This document shows positions 25,647 to 34,613 of a DNA stretch of 37,900 nt, one piece after another; position 1 is the first letter of the stretch; each line of letters begins with the position of its first letter. The position numbers were made by a program, and so were the translations under genes. A model generated the notes under the pieces. That model made no database searches. It was not told where the DNA came from and saw only the letters and a list, made by a program, of their open reading frames with translations. The stretch is from a virus (lineage: Duplodnaviria; Caudoviricetes): positions 1 to 37,900 of the IMG/VR virus record IMGVR_UViG_3300023218_000148; one strand, given 5' to 3'.

Positions 25647-26081
25647 ATGAGCAAGTATACGATCCGCACCCCCCTGAAGCGCGAAGGCAAGCGCCTGGAC
25701 GCCGGCGAGACGATCGAGCTCGGCAAGAAGGACGCCGCGCCGCTGTTGGCGGTGGGTGCGATCGCAGAATACTCCGCGAAGAAGAGTGCCGATGACCCGG
25801 CCCCCGGCGCCACGCCGCCGACCGGCGAGGGAACACAGGGCGGCGATGATCCGGCGGCCGGCATGGCGGCCGCCGGGGAGTCTTCCGGCAAGGTGAACGT
25901 CAATACCGCCTCGGCCGCAGCGATTGCGCTGGCGGCCAAGGGCATTGGAAAGAAGACCGCCGCGGACATCGTCGCGCATCGCGACGAGAAGGGCGCGTTC
26001 GGATCGCTCGATGAGCTGACCGCCGTCGGCGGCATCAGCCAGGCGATTGTCGATGACAACCGGGCCGTGCTGACGTTATGA
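25647..26081 (+). CDS. Head-module protein with C-terminal ComEA-type helix-hairpin-helix domain
   Basis: VNVNTAS...L...KGIG.K.A..IV..R...G.F.SLDEL..V.GI motif. Confidence 0.8.
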   Translation: MSKYTIRTPLKREGKRLDAGETIELGKKDAAPLLAVGAIAEYSAKKSADDPAPGATPPTGEGTQGGDDPAAGMAAAGESSGKVNVNTASAAAIALAAKGIGKKTAADIVAHRDEKGAFGSLDELTAVGGISQAIVDDNRAVLTL

Positions 26082-26494
26082 ACTACGCGACTGCAGACGA
26101 CCTTGTGACGCGATTCGGGCTCGATGAGATCAGCCAGATCGCCGAGCCGGAGGATCCGGGCGCAGCCGATTTCGATCTTGCACGCGTGGATTCGGCGCTA
26201 GCCGATGCCACGGCACAGATCGACTCCTACCTGCGGGTGCGGATGACGGTGCCAATCAGCCCGGTGCCGGATGTGCTCCGTAGCGCGGCTGCGGATTTGG
26301 CGCGATTCAAGCTGCACGATGACCATGCGCCGGAGGCCGTGGCTGATCGGTATCGGAGCACGGTGCAGTGGCTGAAGGACATTGCAGCAGGCCGGGCCAG
26401 CCTGGGAGAGCTGGATGCATCCATCACGCCGACCGGCCGGGTAGCCCGCCGGGCCGGGCTCAGCGCCTTTGACTGGGATACGCATGTTGTATGA
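26078..26494 (+). CDS. Mu gp36-like head-tail connector (DUF1320)
   Basis: YAT..DL..RFG..E, AL.DA...ID.YL and RY.....WLK.IA.G...LG motifs. Confidence 0.88.
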   Translation: MNYATADDLVTRFGLDEISQIAEPEDPGAADFDLARVDSALADATAQIDSYLRVRMTVPISPVPDVLRSAAADLARFKLHDDHAPEAVADRYRSTVQWLKDIAAGRASLGELDASITPTGRVARRAGLSAFDWDTHVV

Positions 26495-26913
26495 GCGCAC
26501 CACTGGACCTGAAGCACTGGGTGGACCGTCTGAACGACCAGACGACGCTGCTGAAGTCCGTGGGCCTGGCGGGCGATATGACACGCGCGAAAGACCTGGT
26601 TCGCGCGCTGCCCGCGGCATGGGTCACTCCGGGGCCGGAGGCGGTCAGTGCGACGGACGCATCTGCGCAGGCGTACTACAGGGTGCGCACGGGCGTCGAC
26701 GTGGTGCTCGCCCTGCGGCACTACGGCGATACCTCCGGGGGAAAGGCCGTCGATGCGCTGCGCCCGGTTCGCGCCGAGATTGCTGCAGCACTGATCGGAT
26801 GGCGTCCGCCGGACGGACTGGTGCAGGTCATACCCCGAGGTGGCAGGCCGCTGCGCATCGAGAAGAACGCGATGTGGTGGCTGGATCGATTCGAGACCTC
26901 CAGATGGAGCTGA
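26491..26913 (+). CDS. Tail terminator (Mu gp37-like)
   Basis: PAAWV, ALIGW.P and WW.D.F motifs; position after gp36. Confidence 0.78.
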   Translation: MSAPLDLKHWVDRLNDQTTLLKSVGLAGDMTRAKDLVRALPAAWVTPGPEAVSATDASAQAYYRVRTGVDVVLALRHYGDTSGGKAVDALRPVRAEIAAALIGWRPPDGLVQVIPRGGRPLRIEKNAMWWLDRFETSRWS

Positions 26914-26916
26914 GCA

Positions 26917-27093
26917 ATGAGTGACAAGCGACCCAATGACGGCGGTAGCTGGCGCCGTGGCAAGAACGGCAAGTACGTGCGCAACGAGCCCCAGCAGCAG
27001 CCCAATCCCGGGAAGACCGCGCTCGCCAAGCCAACCGGCAACGCCAATCCCGATTCCGCGAGCAAGCCGAGCGCCGGCGAGAACAAGGAGTAA
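26917..27093 (+). CDS. Small 58-aa protein (MSDKRPNDGGSWRRGKNG...), absent from the ORF track
   Basis: GGAG ribosome site; fills the gap before the tail tube exactly; GGS-aromatic motif. Confidence 0.65.
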   Translation: MSDKRPNDGGSWRRGKNGKYVRNEPQQQPNPGKTALAKPTGNANPDSASKPSAGENKE

Positions 27094-27096
27094 CGT

Positions 27097-28029
27097 ATGG
27101 CTGTCGAGAATTTTGACCTAAGGGCGCTGCGTCACAAGATCGAAGCGGTCGAGGGCGTGGCCGAGATCCCGGCAGGGGCCGACGCAGTGCGTGTGATCGA
27201 TGGCCAGGGCCAGATCGCGACCGACCAGATCACCATCAATTGGGACAAGCCCGATGGCGGCGCGCGGCCGTTCGTCCCGGTGCGCCGCCGTGTGCGGCTC
27301 GAGGGGCAGACGCCGCTGCTGGGCGCGGCGACTGCCGGAGACGCAATTGTCTACAGTGGACTGGCGCGCAACTTCGGCCATACCGAGGTCCTGAATGCCG
27401 GGCCGCCGGCCAATGCCGAGTACACGCCCGTGCTGAAGGGATTTCCTTCTGCCACGGCATTCTTCAACCACGCCGGCGAGGTGCTCCAGGGCGTGGGCGG
27501 CCGCGGCAGGTATACAAGCTTCGATTTCGCGATCAACGACTTCGCGAAAGCAGGGTTTGAATGGCTCGCCAAAGTCGCCGCTGATCCCATCGAGGAAGAA
27601 GTCTGGAATGACGACGTCAGTGCGTTCGGCCAGCCGGTTGTGCTCGACGAGGGCAACACCACAGTTACCCTGGCTGGCGTGCCGCTCGAATTCGTCTCGC
27701 TGTCCGTCAATACCGGCACGAGCGTGAATCTGGTCTACCACTCGGAGGCGACGGTGAGCCGGCACGGAGAACGGGCGGTCACCGGTACTCTGAAGGTGCA
27801 CCGGCCGCTCATCGCGACTTCCCCGATACGCCAGATGGCCCAGGACGCTTCTCTGCAATCGCTGCTGCTGGACGTGGTGACTGGAGATGTGGCCAAGGAC
27901 CTGAGCTTCGAAGCCGATGGGGTGCAGCTCGGGGAGCCGCAGAACACCAACACCGATGGGCTACGCACCTGGGACATCCCGGTGACCTTCACGCAAGACT
28001 ACATTCTGCGCTTTGGCGCCCGCACCTGA
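27097..28029 (+). CDS. Major tail (tube) protein
   Basis: 310-aa beta-rich protein between terminator and chaperones; no sheath gene present. Confidence 0.75.
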   Translation: MAVENFDLRALRHKIEAVEGVAEIPAGADAVRVIDGQGQIATDQITINWDKPDGGARPFVPVRRRVRLEGQTPLLGAATAGDAIVYSGLARNFGHTEVLNAGPPANAEYTPVLKGFPSATAFFNHAGEVLQGVGGRGRYTSFDFAINDFAKAGFEWLAKVAADPIEEEVWNDDVSAFGQPVVLDEGNTTVTLAGVPLEFVSLSVNTGTSVNLVYHSEATVSRHGERAVTGTLKVHRPLIATSPIRQMAQDASLQSLLLDVVTGDVAKDLSFEADGVQLGEPQNTNTDGLRTWDIPVTFTQDYILRFGART

Positions 28030-28042
28030 CGGAGAGCCGACG

Positions 28043-28528
28043 ATGAATATCAAAGTGACCCTTGCGGCCGCGCTCTTGCTGGTCGGCATGGCCAGCGCGG
28101 CTTTCGCAGACCCTCTGACACCGGCCGACAGCGGGCACTACCGCGCGGCTGGATTGGAACGCCAGGGCGTGGTGCTGTTGGTTTGGCCGGAGCAGCCTTC
28201 CGGCCGCCGGAGCGGCGCGCTGGTCAGTTGGTACACCTACGAACCCGGTGGACCTGGTCCCATGTGGCTACTGTCAGGCGTGATCGAACAGCCCGGCGAG
28301 TGGGTGAATGCCACGCTGTGCGCCGGCGCTTTTCCCGGGCTGGAGGCCGGCTGCGAGGAGGCTGGTGAATTGCGCGTGCTCAAGTCCAGCAGCGGCGCTA
28401 TCCGAATGGAGTATTTTCTGCCGGCGCTGGGCGATGCATCCTGCGATCCTCGACCTCAGCCTAGTCCAGTACCGCCGGTCTGCGCCGGCGTATTGTTTCT
28501 GCAGCGTCTGACGCCGCCGATTCTCTAA
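28043..28528 (+). CDS. Secreted/periplasmic protein inserted in the tail operon
   Basis: Sec signal peptide (AFA/D), SG.Y....QG...WYTY...G.P.WL motif, four Cys. Confidence 0.7.
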   Translation: MNIKVTLAAALLLVGMASAAFADPLTPADSGHYRAAGLERQGVVLLVWPEQPSGRRSGALVSWYTYEPGGPGPMWLLSGVIEQPGEWVNATLCAGAFPGLEAGCEEAGELRVLKSSSGAIRMEYFLPALGDASCDPRPQPSPVPPVCAGVLFLQRLTPPIL

Positions 28529-28556
28529 AAGCCTACAACCACCAAGAGGAAGCCCG

Positions 28557-29051
28557 ATGGCAAGGTTCAAGATCCACGATGAGTACAAGATCGTCTGCAC
28601 TGCGCAGCTGCCCGGGGGGCCGGCCGAGACAGACGGAAAGCTGGAAAACACGACCAGGCAGATTCAGTTCATCGGGGTGTTCCGCGACCTGGATGACCAC
28701 GAGGTGCAGTCGATCAAGGAACAGATGACCGCATTGCTGATGCCGATTTTCGATCTGTTGCGACAGGTCAAGGCCGGGCAGGTGGGCGTCGACAACGCCG
28801 AAGAAGCAGAGCGAAAGGTGCGTGAGGCGACGGATATGGTGCCTCTGCTGGAGCGCAAGCTGCAGCGCATCGAAGGCCTCGAGATCGAGAACAGTGACGG
28901 CAGCTTGCTCGAAGAGCGTGATGTCCGGCGTTTTGCGCTCGGCCACCCGAAGTTTCGTCGCGCGCTCGAATCTGGCCTGCAGCAGCTCACCGATGCCGGC
29001 GGGGCTGGCCTGGGAAACTTGCTGAGGTCGGCAGGCGCTACGCGCGGCTGA
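28557..29051 (+). CDS. Tail assembly chaperone (lambda gpG analogue)
   Basis: Position before tape measure; in-frame slippery G-GGA-AAC near the 3' end. Confidence 0.78.
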   Translation: MARFKIHDEYKIVCTAQLPGGPAETDGKLENTTRQIQFIGVFRDLDDHEVQSIKEQMTALLMPIFDLLRQVKAGQVGVDNAEEAERKVREATDMVPLLERKLQRIEGLEIENSDGSLLEERDVRRFALGHPKFRRALESGLQQLTDAGGAGLGNLLRSAGATRG

Positions 29052-29437
29052 GGTCTGATGACAGTGCCGAGGCCGAACAAGAGCTGGCGGCACTGGGCAT
29101 TCGTGATCGACCGACAGCGCGGCAGGGCCCGCTGGTTTCGGTCGGCACAATGCAGTGGAGGGCACAGCCGCCTGTCGACGATGGCGAGGAGATCGATGTT
29201 CTCGCTACCAATGTGCCCGCGCTCTCGGTCTGGAGGCTGTGCAGAAAACCTCTGCTCGGCGCCGGCTTCGGCGTCATGCCGGCCGAGCTCGAAACCACGG
29301 AAATCGAGGCTTCGGCGCGTGCGCTCGGCATTGCGGTCGATACCTCACTGCTCGGCCGCATCCGGTCGCTGGACGGCGCATTCGTGGCCGAAGCGGCCAG
29401 GCGGTCCCACCGCTCAGGCAAGCAGAGATCGCAGTAG
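29012..29437 (+). CDS. -1 frameshift extension of the tail chaperone (gpGT analogue, DUF1799-like)
   Basis: GGGAAAC at 29012-29018; the -1 frame is open from there to the stop at 29437. Confidence 0.75.
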   Translation, partial: GKLAEVGRRYARLRSDDSAEAEQELAALGIRDRPTARQGPLVSVGTMQWRAQPPVDDGEEIDVLATNVPALSVWRLCRKPLLGAGFGVMPAELETTEIEASARALGIAVDTSLLGRIRSLDGAFVAEAARRSHRSGKQRSQ

Positions 29438-29560
29438 CGCAGTACCTGACAGGGCTCCCAGCACCAACGCGCCTGCCAGAGCGCCGGCAAACGGACCGAA
29501 AAACAGGCCGGCTGCGAGCCCGGTCAGGCCGGCGATTTTGATGGTCGTGCCGAAGTCCAT
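29414..29560 (-). CDS. 48-aa hydrophobic membrane peptide, antisense to the tail operon
   Basis: MDFGTTIKIAGLTGLAAGLFFGPFAGALAGALVLGALSGTALLRSLLA; TTGAGT-N18-TATACT ends 6 nt before the ATG. Confidence 0.6.
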   Translation of the reverse strand: MDFGTTIKIAGLTGLAAGLFFGPFAGALAGALVLGALSGTALLRSLLA

Positions 29561-29576
29561 ACATCGAGTATAGCCC

Positions 29577-32500
29577 GTGGCTGACCTGGAACTCAAACTG
29601 CGATTATCGGCTGATAACAGCGGCCTGGTGCAGGTGCTGGACGCTTCAGGCGCTAAGGTCGCCGAGTTGGGCTCAGAGGGCGAGCGCGCCGGGCGCCAGA
29701 CCGAACAGGGCTTCGGGCGCGCCCGAAAGGGCGTGGAGTCGGTCAGCGAGCAGCTCGGCCGCGCGCGCCAGCAGTTGCTGGCATTCATCGGCGTGCAGCT
29801 CAGCGGGCAGCTGATCGGCCAGCTCGGCCGCCTGGCCGACGAGTACACCACGCTCAACAGCCGCATTGCGCTGGTGACCGACTCGCAGGCTCAAGCCAAC
29901 GAGACGTTCGATGAGCTGTTCGATATTGCCCAGCGCACCCGCGCCGAGCTCTCGGCGACAGGGGAGCTGTTCACCACGCTGGCACGCAGCACTTCGAATC
30001 TGGGATTGAGCCAGCAGCAACTGCTGCAGATCACCGAGACCATCAACCAGAGCTTTATCGTTTCCGGCGCCAGTGCCGATTCCGCTCGCGCGGCCATTAC
30101 CCAGCTCAGCCAGGGCCTGGCCGCCGGCGCGCTGCGAGGCGAGGAGTTCAATTCGGTTGCCGAGCAGGCGCCGATCCTGATGGACCTGCTGGGCCAGTCG
30201 CTGGACATGACCCGCGGCGAACTGCGCGAGTTTGCCGCGGAGGGCGGCATTACCAGCGAAATCCTGACCGGCGCCCTGCTGCAGGGCGCGGCCGATGTGC
30301 AGGAACAGTTCGATGGCATGCAGATCACCATCGCCGGCGCCAAGCAGCAGCTCGACAACGCGTTCACCCGGTTTGTAGGCGAGTCGGCTGATGCCTCCGG
30401 GGCGGCCCGGCTGGTCGCCGATTCCATTTCCGGTCTGGCGAATAATCTGGAGACGGTGGTCGATCTGGCCACGGCCGGGGCGGTGGTGCTGGGGTCACGG
30501 TACGTTGCGGCGTTGGCCGCGGCTCGAGCGGGAACGATTGCCAACACGGCAGCGGAGATCGCGCACGCTGCGGCGCTGGCGAGAACGGCCGGGGCCGCCG
30601 GCGTAGCGAGCGGCGCGGTGCGCGGCCTGGCGGCAGCGGGTCGTGGCCTGCTGGCCGTGTTCGGCGGGCCGTTCGGGCTGCTCCTCACGGCCGGTTCCCT
30701 GGCACTCGTGTTCCGCGACGATCTGCGCGAGGCCTTTGGTGCGGGCCGCGACGATCTGGAAGCACTGCTGGCCCCGAGCGAGGAGGTCCGCGACGCGCTG
30801 GCCGGCGTGGCAGAGCAGCTGCAGAATATGGAGCCCGGCGAGGGCCTTGGCCAAGCCGCGCCGGCGATGCGCACGCTTCAAGAAGAGGTGCAGCGGCTCC
30901 GCCTGGAGTTGTCGCAGCTCGAGGCCGATGAGGCTCAATTCGCCGGGACGACAGGCGGTGCATCGTTCGGTGATTTCATACGAGCCGAAACCGAGCGGCG
31001 CGCGCAGGCAGCGCGTGACCGAATCGAAGTGCTGGATTTTCAGATCCGACTGGCGCAGCAGCTTGCGGGGGAAGCGGAATTCGAGGATATAACGCTCCTG
31101 ATCGAGGGGCTCGGCCGCGCGGCCGACTTTGCCGCGCCGCTACTCGAGCGATTCGGCCTGAGCACGAAGGAGGCAGGCCCTACCCCCGAACAGCAAGCCG
31201 CGATCGACAAGCTGACCGGCTCGATCCGCGAGCAGATCACGCAGCTACAGCAGCAGCAGATCGAGCTGACTGCCGGCAAGGAGGCCGCCGCGGCGTTTGA
31301 GGATGCGCTGCTGGCTGCGGACCTGGCCGCACGCGCCGAGGCCGAGGGCGTGGAGCTTTCGACCGAGAAGATCCAGGCGCTGGTCGCCGAGCGGCGCCGC
31401 CTGATCGAGGCCAACGAAGATGCCGCCGCCGCGCAGCGACGCGCGACCGAGGCCCAGCGCGAAGCCGAGCGCGCAAACGATGCTGCATTCGAGTCGCTGC
31501 GCTCTCTGGTCGAGGAATTCGAGCGGTCCGAGCAGGCGGCCGCCGATTTTGAACTGCGAAACCAGCGGCTGGCCGCAGAACTTGGCGGGCCAGTCGCCGC
31601 GGCGACATTCGATTATTCCCTGGCGATCCGGGAGGCGCTGGAGCTGCTGGAGCGCGGCGACATCACGGTCGAGCAGTTCCGCCAGCGAGTCGCGCTGCTG
31701 CGCGAGGAATTCGAGCGCAGCACCGGGCCTGAAGGCGGGTTCGATAGCTTGGGAGCGCTGGCACGCCGATTCGGTGATGCGATAGTAGAAGGTGCTGATC
31801 TGGACGATGCGCTCGGGCGCTCGCTGAGGGCTTTCGGTGGACAGCGTGTGGCGCAAGAATTTGCGGCAGTCGTCCAGGACGGGGTAAATGCCGGTCTCGA
31901 GGCCCTGGACCTGAGCGACGATGCACGCGCCAACCTGGCCGAAGTGGCAGGACCGCTGGCGTTGGCAATAGGCCAGGCGATTGAGGGCAACTTAGCGCAG
32001 TCAGCACTGACTGCCGCGGGCACCGTGATCGGCTCTTTCCTGGGTTCTCCGCAGGCCGGGGCTGCGATCGGTAACTTGCTGGGCGGCCTGTTCGGCGGCG
32101 ATAAAGTGCCCAAGTTCCAGGTCTCGGGCGCCAACACCGCGGCGGGGCGCGATATCGGCCCCAACAATCAGGACCCGCTTGATACGGCGCTGGGGACGTT
32201 TTTCCTCGGGCTGCGCAAGCTCGACGCAGAAACCGAAGACGCAGTGGCCAACGCCCTGGTTGGGTTCGCCAGCACCATCGCCGGCGTCGTGCGCGAGACC
32301 GATTTGCTGGCTGCGATTGAGGCCGAGATTGCAAACACGCGTTTCTCCAGTCGCTCCGACGGTGAATCCTTGGAGCGGCTGGTCGCCGAGGTCTTCGGCA
32401 ACGTGCTCAACGCCCTGGACGCAGGCGTCGCTGCATTTGTGCGCCGAGGCGCGAACCTGGAAGAGCAAATTGCCAGGTTCGAGGCTGCATTCGCGGTCAG

Positions 32501-34613
32501 CCGCCGCCTGGTCGGGCGGCGCGGTTTGGGCTTGAGCGGGGCGGGATTTGAAAGCCCTGATCCGATCACTGATCCGATTATTCCGCCCGAGGGCGGCGGA
32601 GGCGGCGGCGGTGTAATCGGCCCGGGCCGGCCGCCCAGGCGCGTCCAATCACAGGATATCCGCCAATTCGAAGCGGCCATTCAGGGGGTCGGCGATGCCT
32701 CAAGCGTGAGCAACCCGGCATTGTTGCAGACACTAGACCTGCTCGACGAACTGCAGGTCGGCTCCGAGTCTCTGGTCGACACATTCAATCGATTGGTGGG
32801 CGTCACGCAGCTGCTCGATCGGGTGGTTGCGCTGACAGGAACGCAGATCGGCGCCACGCGCGAGGAAATGGTGCGCTTCGGTGCGGACCTGGTGGCATTT
32901 TTCGGCGACTCTGCAGAAGCTCTGGGCCAGCAGTTAGGCGTGATCTTCGATCGTTTCTTTACCGACGAGGAGCGGCTTGCAGCCCAAGCTGACACTGCCC
33001 GGGAGCGCTTCGGGCAGCTGCTGGGTGATCTGGGTGTCGAGCTGACGGAGGGACTGCTTACAGAAGGCGGTTTCCGCCAACTGTTCGATGAACTGTCGGG
33101 TATCCTGTCGCCGGAGGACCTGGCGGTGCTCATTGAGGCCGGCGTAGCGCTGGATGCCATGCTCGATGCCGAGGAAGCGCTTGCGGAGGCGCGCGGTCAA
33201 TCGGCCCGCGATACGGAGCGCCTGGCTGATTTGATGGCCGAGGTGAACGGCGAGATCTTCGCCCTGACCCGCTCACCGCTACGCGCATCGTTCCGCGAGC
33301 TGCGTACCGAGATTTCGGACCTGGAAGCCGAAGCCAGGGAGCTTGGCGCCAGTGAAGCGCAGCTGGGCCGTATACGGCAGCTGGAAATACTGCGGCAGCG
33401 AGAGATACTTGACCAGGCCGAGGCACGCCTGGCGGATCTGGCGGCCGCTTTCCTGGGCGATACTCAGCAAACGGCGGCCGCTGAGACTTCGCGGATCGAA
33501 GACGTCCAGGCCCGAATGGAGGAGCGTTACCGTCGGGAGATCGCGGCGCTGGAGCGCATCGGGGAATTGGTCGACAGCCTGCTTCTGTCGAATGTCAGTC
33601 CGCTGACGCCCCGCGAGCAGGAAGCCGAAGCCCGCAGACAGCTCAATGAGGCATTCGCCGCAGCCGAGGCCGGCGACATCGACGCCCTGGAATCGCTGCC
33701 AGGCCTGGTCAACCAGTTCCTGGAAATCCTCAATACCAATACCGGAGGCGTGGGGTCTTTTCCCGCCGAGTTCCAGGCCGTGCTGGACAGGCTGGCGTCC
33801 CTCGAAGCACAGGGGCCACAGACGAGGCCGCCGGGCCAGCGCCCCCCCACGGCCGCTGATGTAAGCAGCGCTGCCGGCGATATCACGGCCGGGTTAGAGT
33901 CGCTGGAGCAAGCGCAGCTGGCCAGCGAGATCATCGATGTGATCGGGCTGCTCGCTCAGCGCACGGACGAATCGCCGAGCGAAATCGCAGACCGCCTCGG
34001 CCTGCCGCTCGACGCTCTGATCGAGGCCGTGAGCGGCGAATTGCCGGCAGCTACAGGCGAAGCGCTGCGAAGCTTCTTCGATGAACTCGTGATCGAAGCC
34101 GATCGTCAATTGTCCGAGTTAGCTGGCATCCAGGAAACCCTGACAGCCGAAGCTGCAGTACGCGAACTGATCGCGGACTTGACGCAGGAGTCGCTGTCGG
34201 AACTGCGCAAGATTACCGCATTGCTAGAGCAACTCGGCAGCATCCCAATCGGTGATGACCCGGTTGAGGGCCCCGCAGTGCCTGGGTTCGCGGCGGGAGG
34301 ATTCGCGTCGGGGCTGGTGCGGACAGGTGAGCAGGGCCGCGAGTTGATCCTGCCCAATCCAGTCACGGAATTCTTCGTGCGTAATGGCATTCCATTGCGA
34401 ACAGAGTCCGCCGACGGTGCACTGCTCGATGAGATTCGCGCGCTGCGGCAAGACGTTCAGACGATTCCGGCCGCGGTCGAGCGTCAATCCAGTATCATGC
34501 AAATCGGCAACCGGGATTTGGCCGCGGCCATTGGTGCGGCCCGGTCAGAGCGAGATCGGAATCGATTCATTGGTCAGCCCAGTCGCGGCGGGGCGAGCTG
34601 TGGAGCGATTTGA
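29577..34613 (+). CDS. Tape measure protein
   Basis: 1678 aa, Ala/Glu/Leu-rich helical; N-terminal QL.QGLA.GALRGEEFNSV.EQAP motif; C-terminal FA.GG...GE.G.E. Confidence 0.92.
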   Translation: MADLELKLRLSADNSGLVQVLDASGAKVAELGSEGERAGRQTEQGFGRARKGVESVSEQLGRARQQLLAFIGVQLSGQLIGQLGRLADEYTTLNSRIALVTDSQAQANETFDELFDIAQRTRAELSATGELFTTLARSTSNLGLSQQQLLQITETINQSFIVSGASADSARAAITQLSQGLAAGALRGEEFNSVAEQAPILMDLLGQSLDMTRGELREFAAEGGITSEILTGALLQGAADVQEQFDGMQITIAGAKQQLDNAFTRFVGESADASGAARLVADSISGLANNLETVVDLATAGAVVLGSRYVAALAAARAGTIANTAAEIAHAAALARTAGAAGVASGAVRGLAAAGRGLLAVFGGPFGLLLTAGSLALVFRDDLREAFGAGRDDLEALLAPSEEVRDALAGVAEQLQNMEPGEGLGQAAPAMRTLQEEVQRLRLELSQLEADEAQFAGTTGGASFGDFIRAETERRAQAARDRIEVLDFQIRLAQQLAGEAEFEDITLLIEGLGRAADFAAPLLERFGLSTKEAGPTPEQQAAIDKLTGSIREQITQLQQQQIELTAGKEAAAAFEDALLAADLAARAEAEGVELSTEKIQALVAERRRLIEANEDAAAAQRRATEAQREAERANDAAFESLRSLVEEFERSEQAAADFELRNQRLAAELGGPVAAATFDYSLAIREALELLERGDITVEQFRQRVALLREEFERSTGPEGGFDSLGALARRFGDAIVEGADLDDALGRSLRAFGGQRVAQEFAAVVQDGVNAGLEALDLSDDARANLAEVAGPLALAIGQAIEGNLAQSALTAAGTVIGSFLGSPQAGAAIGNLLGGLFGGDKVPKFQVSGANTAAGRDIGPNNQDPLDTALGTFFLGLRKLDAETEDAVANALVGFASTIAGVVRETDLLAAIEAEIANTRFSSRSDGESLERLVAEVFGNVLNALDAGVAAFVRRGANLEEQIARFEAAFAVSRRLVGRRGLGLSGAGFESPDPITDPIIPPEGGGGGGGVIGPGRPPRRVQSQDIRQFEAAIQGVGDASSVSNPALLQTLDLLDELQVGSESLVDTFNRLVGVTQLLDRVVALTGTQIGATREEMVRFGADLVAFFGDSAEALGQQLGVIFDRFFTDEERLAAQADTARERFGQLLGDLGVELTEGLLTEGGFRQLFDELSGILSPEDLAVLIEAGVALDAMLDAEEALAEARGQSARDTERLADLMAEVNGEIFALTRSPLRASFRELRTEISDLEAEARELGASEAQLGRIRQLEILRQREILDQAEARLADLAAAFLGDTQQTAAAETSRIEDVQARMEERYRREIAALERIGELVDSLLLSNVSPLTPREQEAEARRQLNEAFAAAEAGDIDALESLPGLVNQFLEILNTNTGGVGSFPAEFQAVLDRLASLEAQGPQTRPPGQRPPTAADVSSAAGDITAGLESLEQAQLASEIIDVIGLLAQRTDESPSEIADRLGLPLDALIEAVSGELPAATGEALRSFFDELVIEADRQLSELAGIQETLTAEAAVRELIADLTQESLSELRKITALLEQLGSIPIGDDPVEGPAVPGFAAGGFASGLVRTGEQGRELILPNPVTEFFVRNGIPLRTESADGALLDEIRALRQDVQTIPAAVERQSSIMQIGNRDLAAAIGAARSERDRNRFIGQPSRGGASCGAI

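Noticed and set aside
22989-25979. Long - strand ORFs (483 aa and 454 aa) opposite protease and capsid
   Set aside because: Shadow ORFs of strongly codon-biased genes
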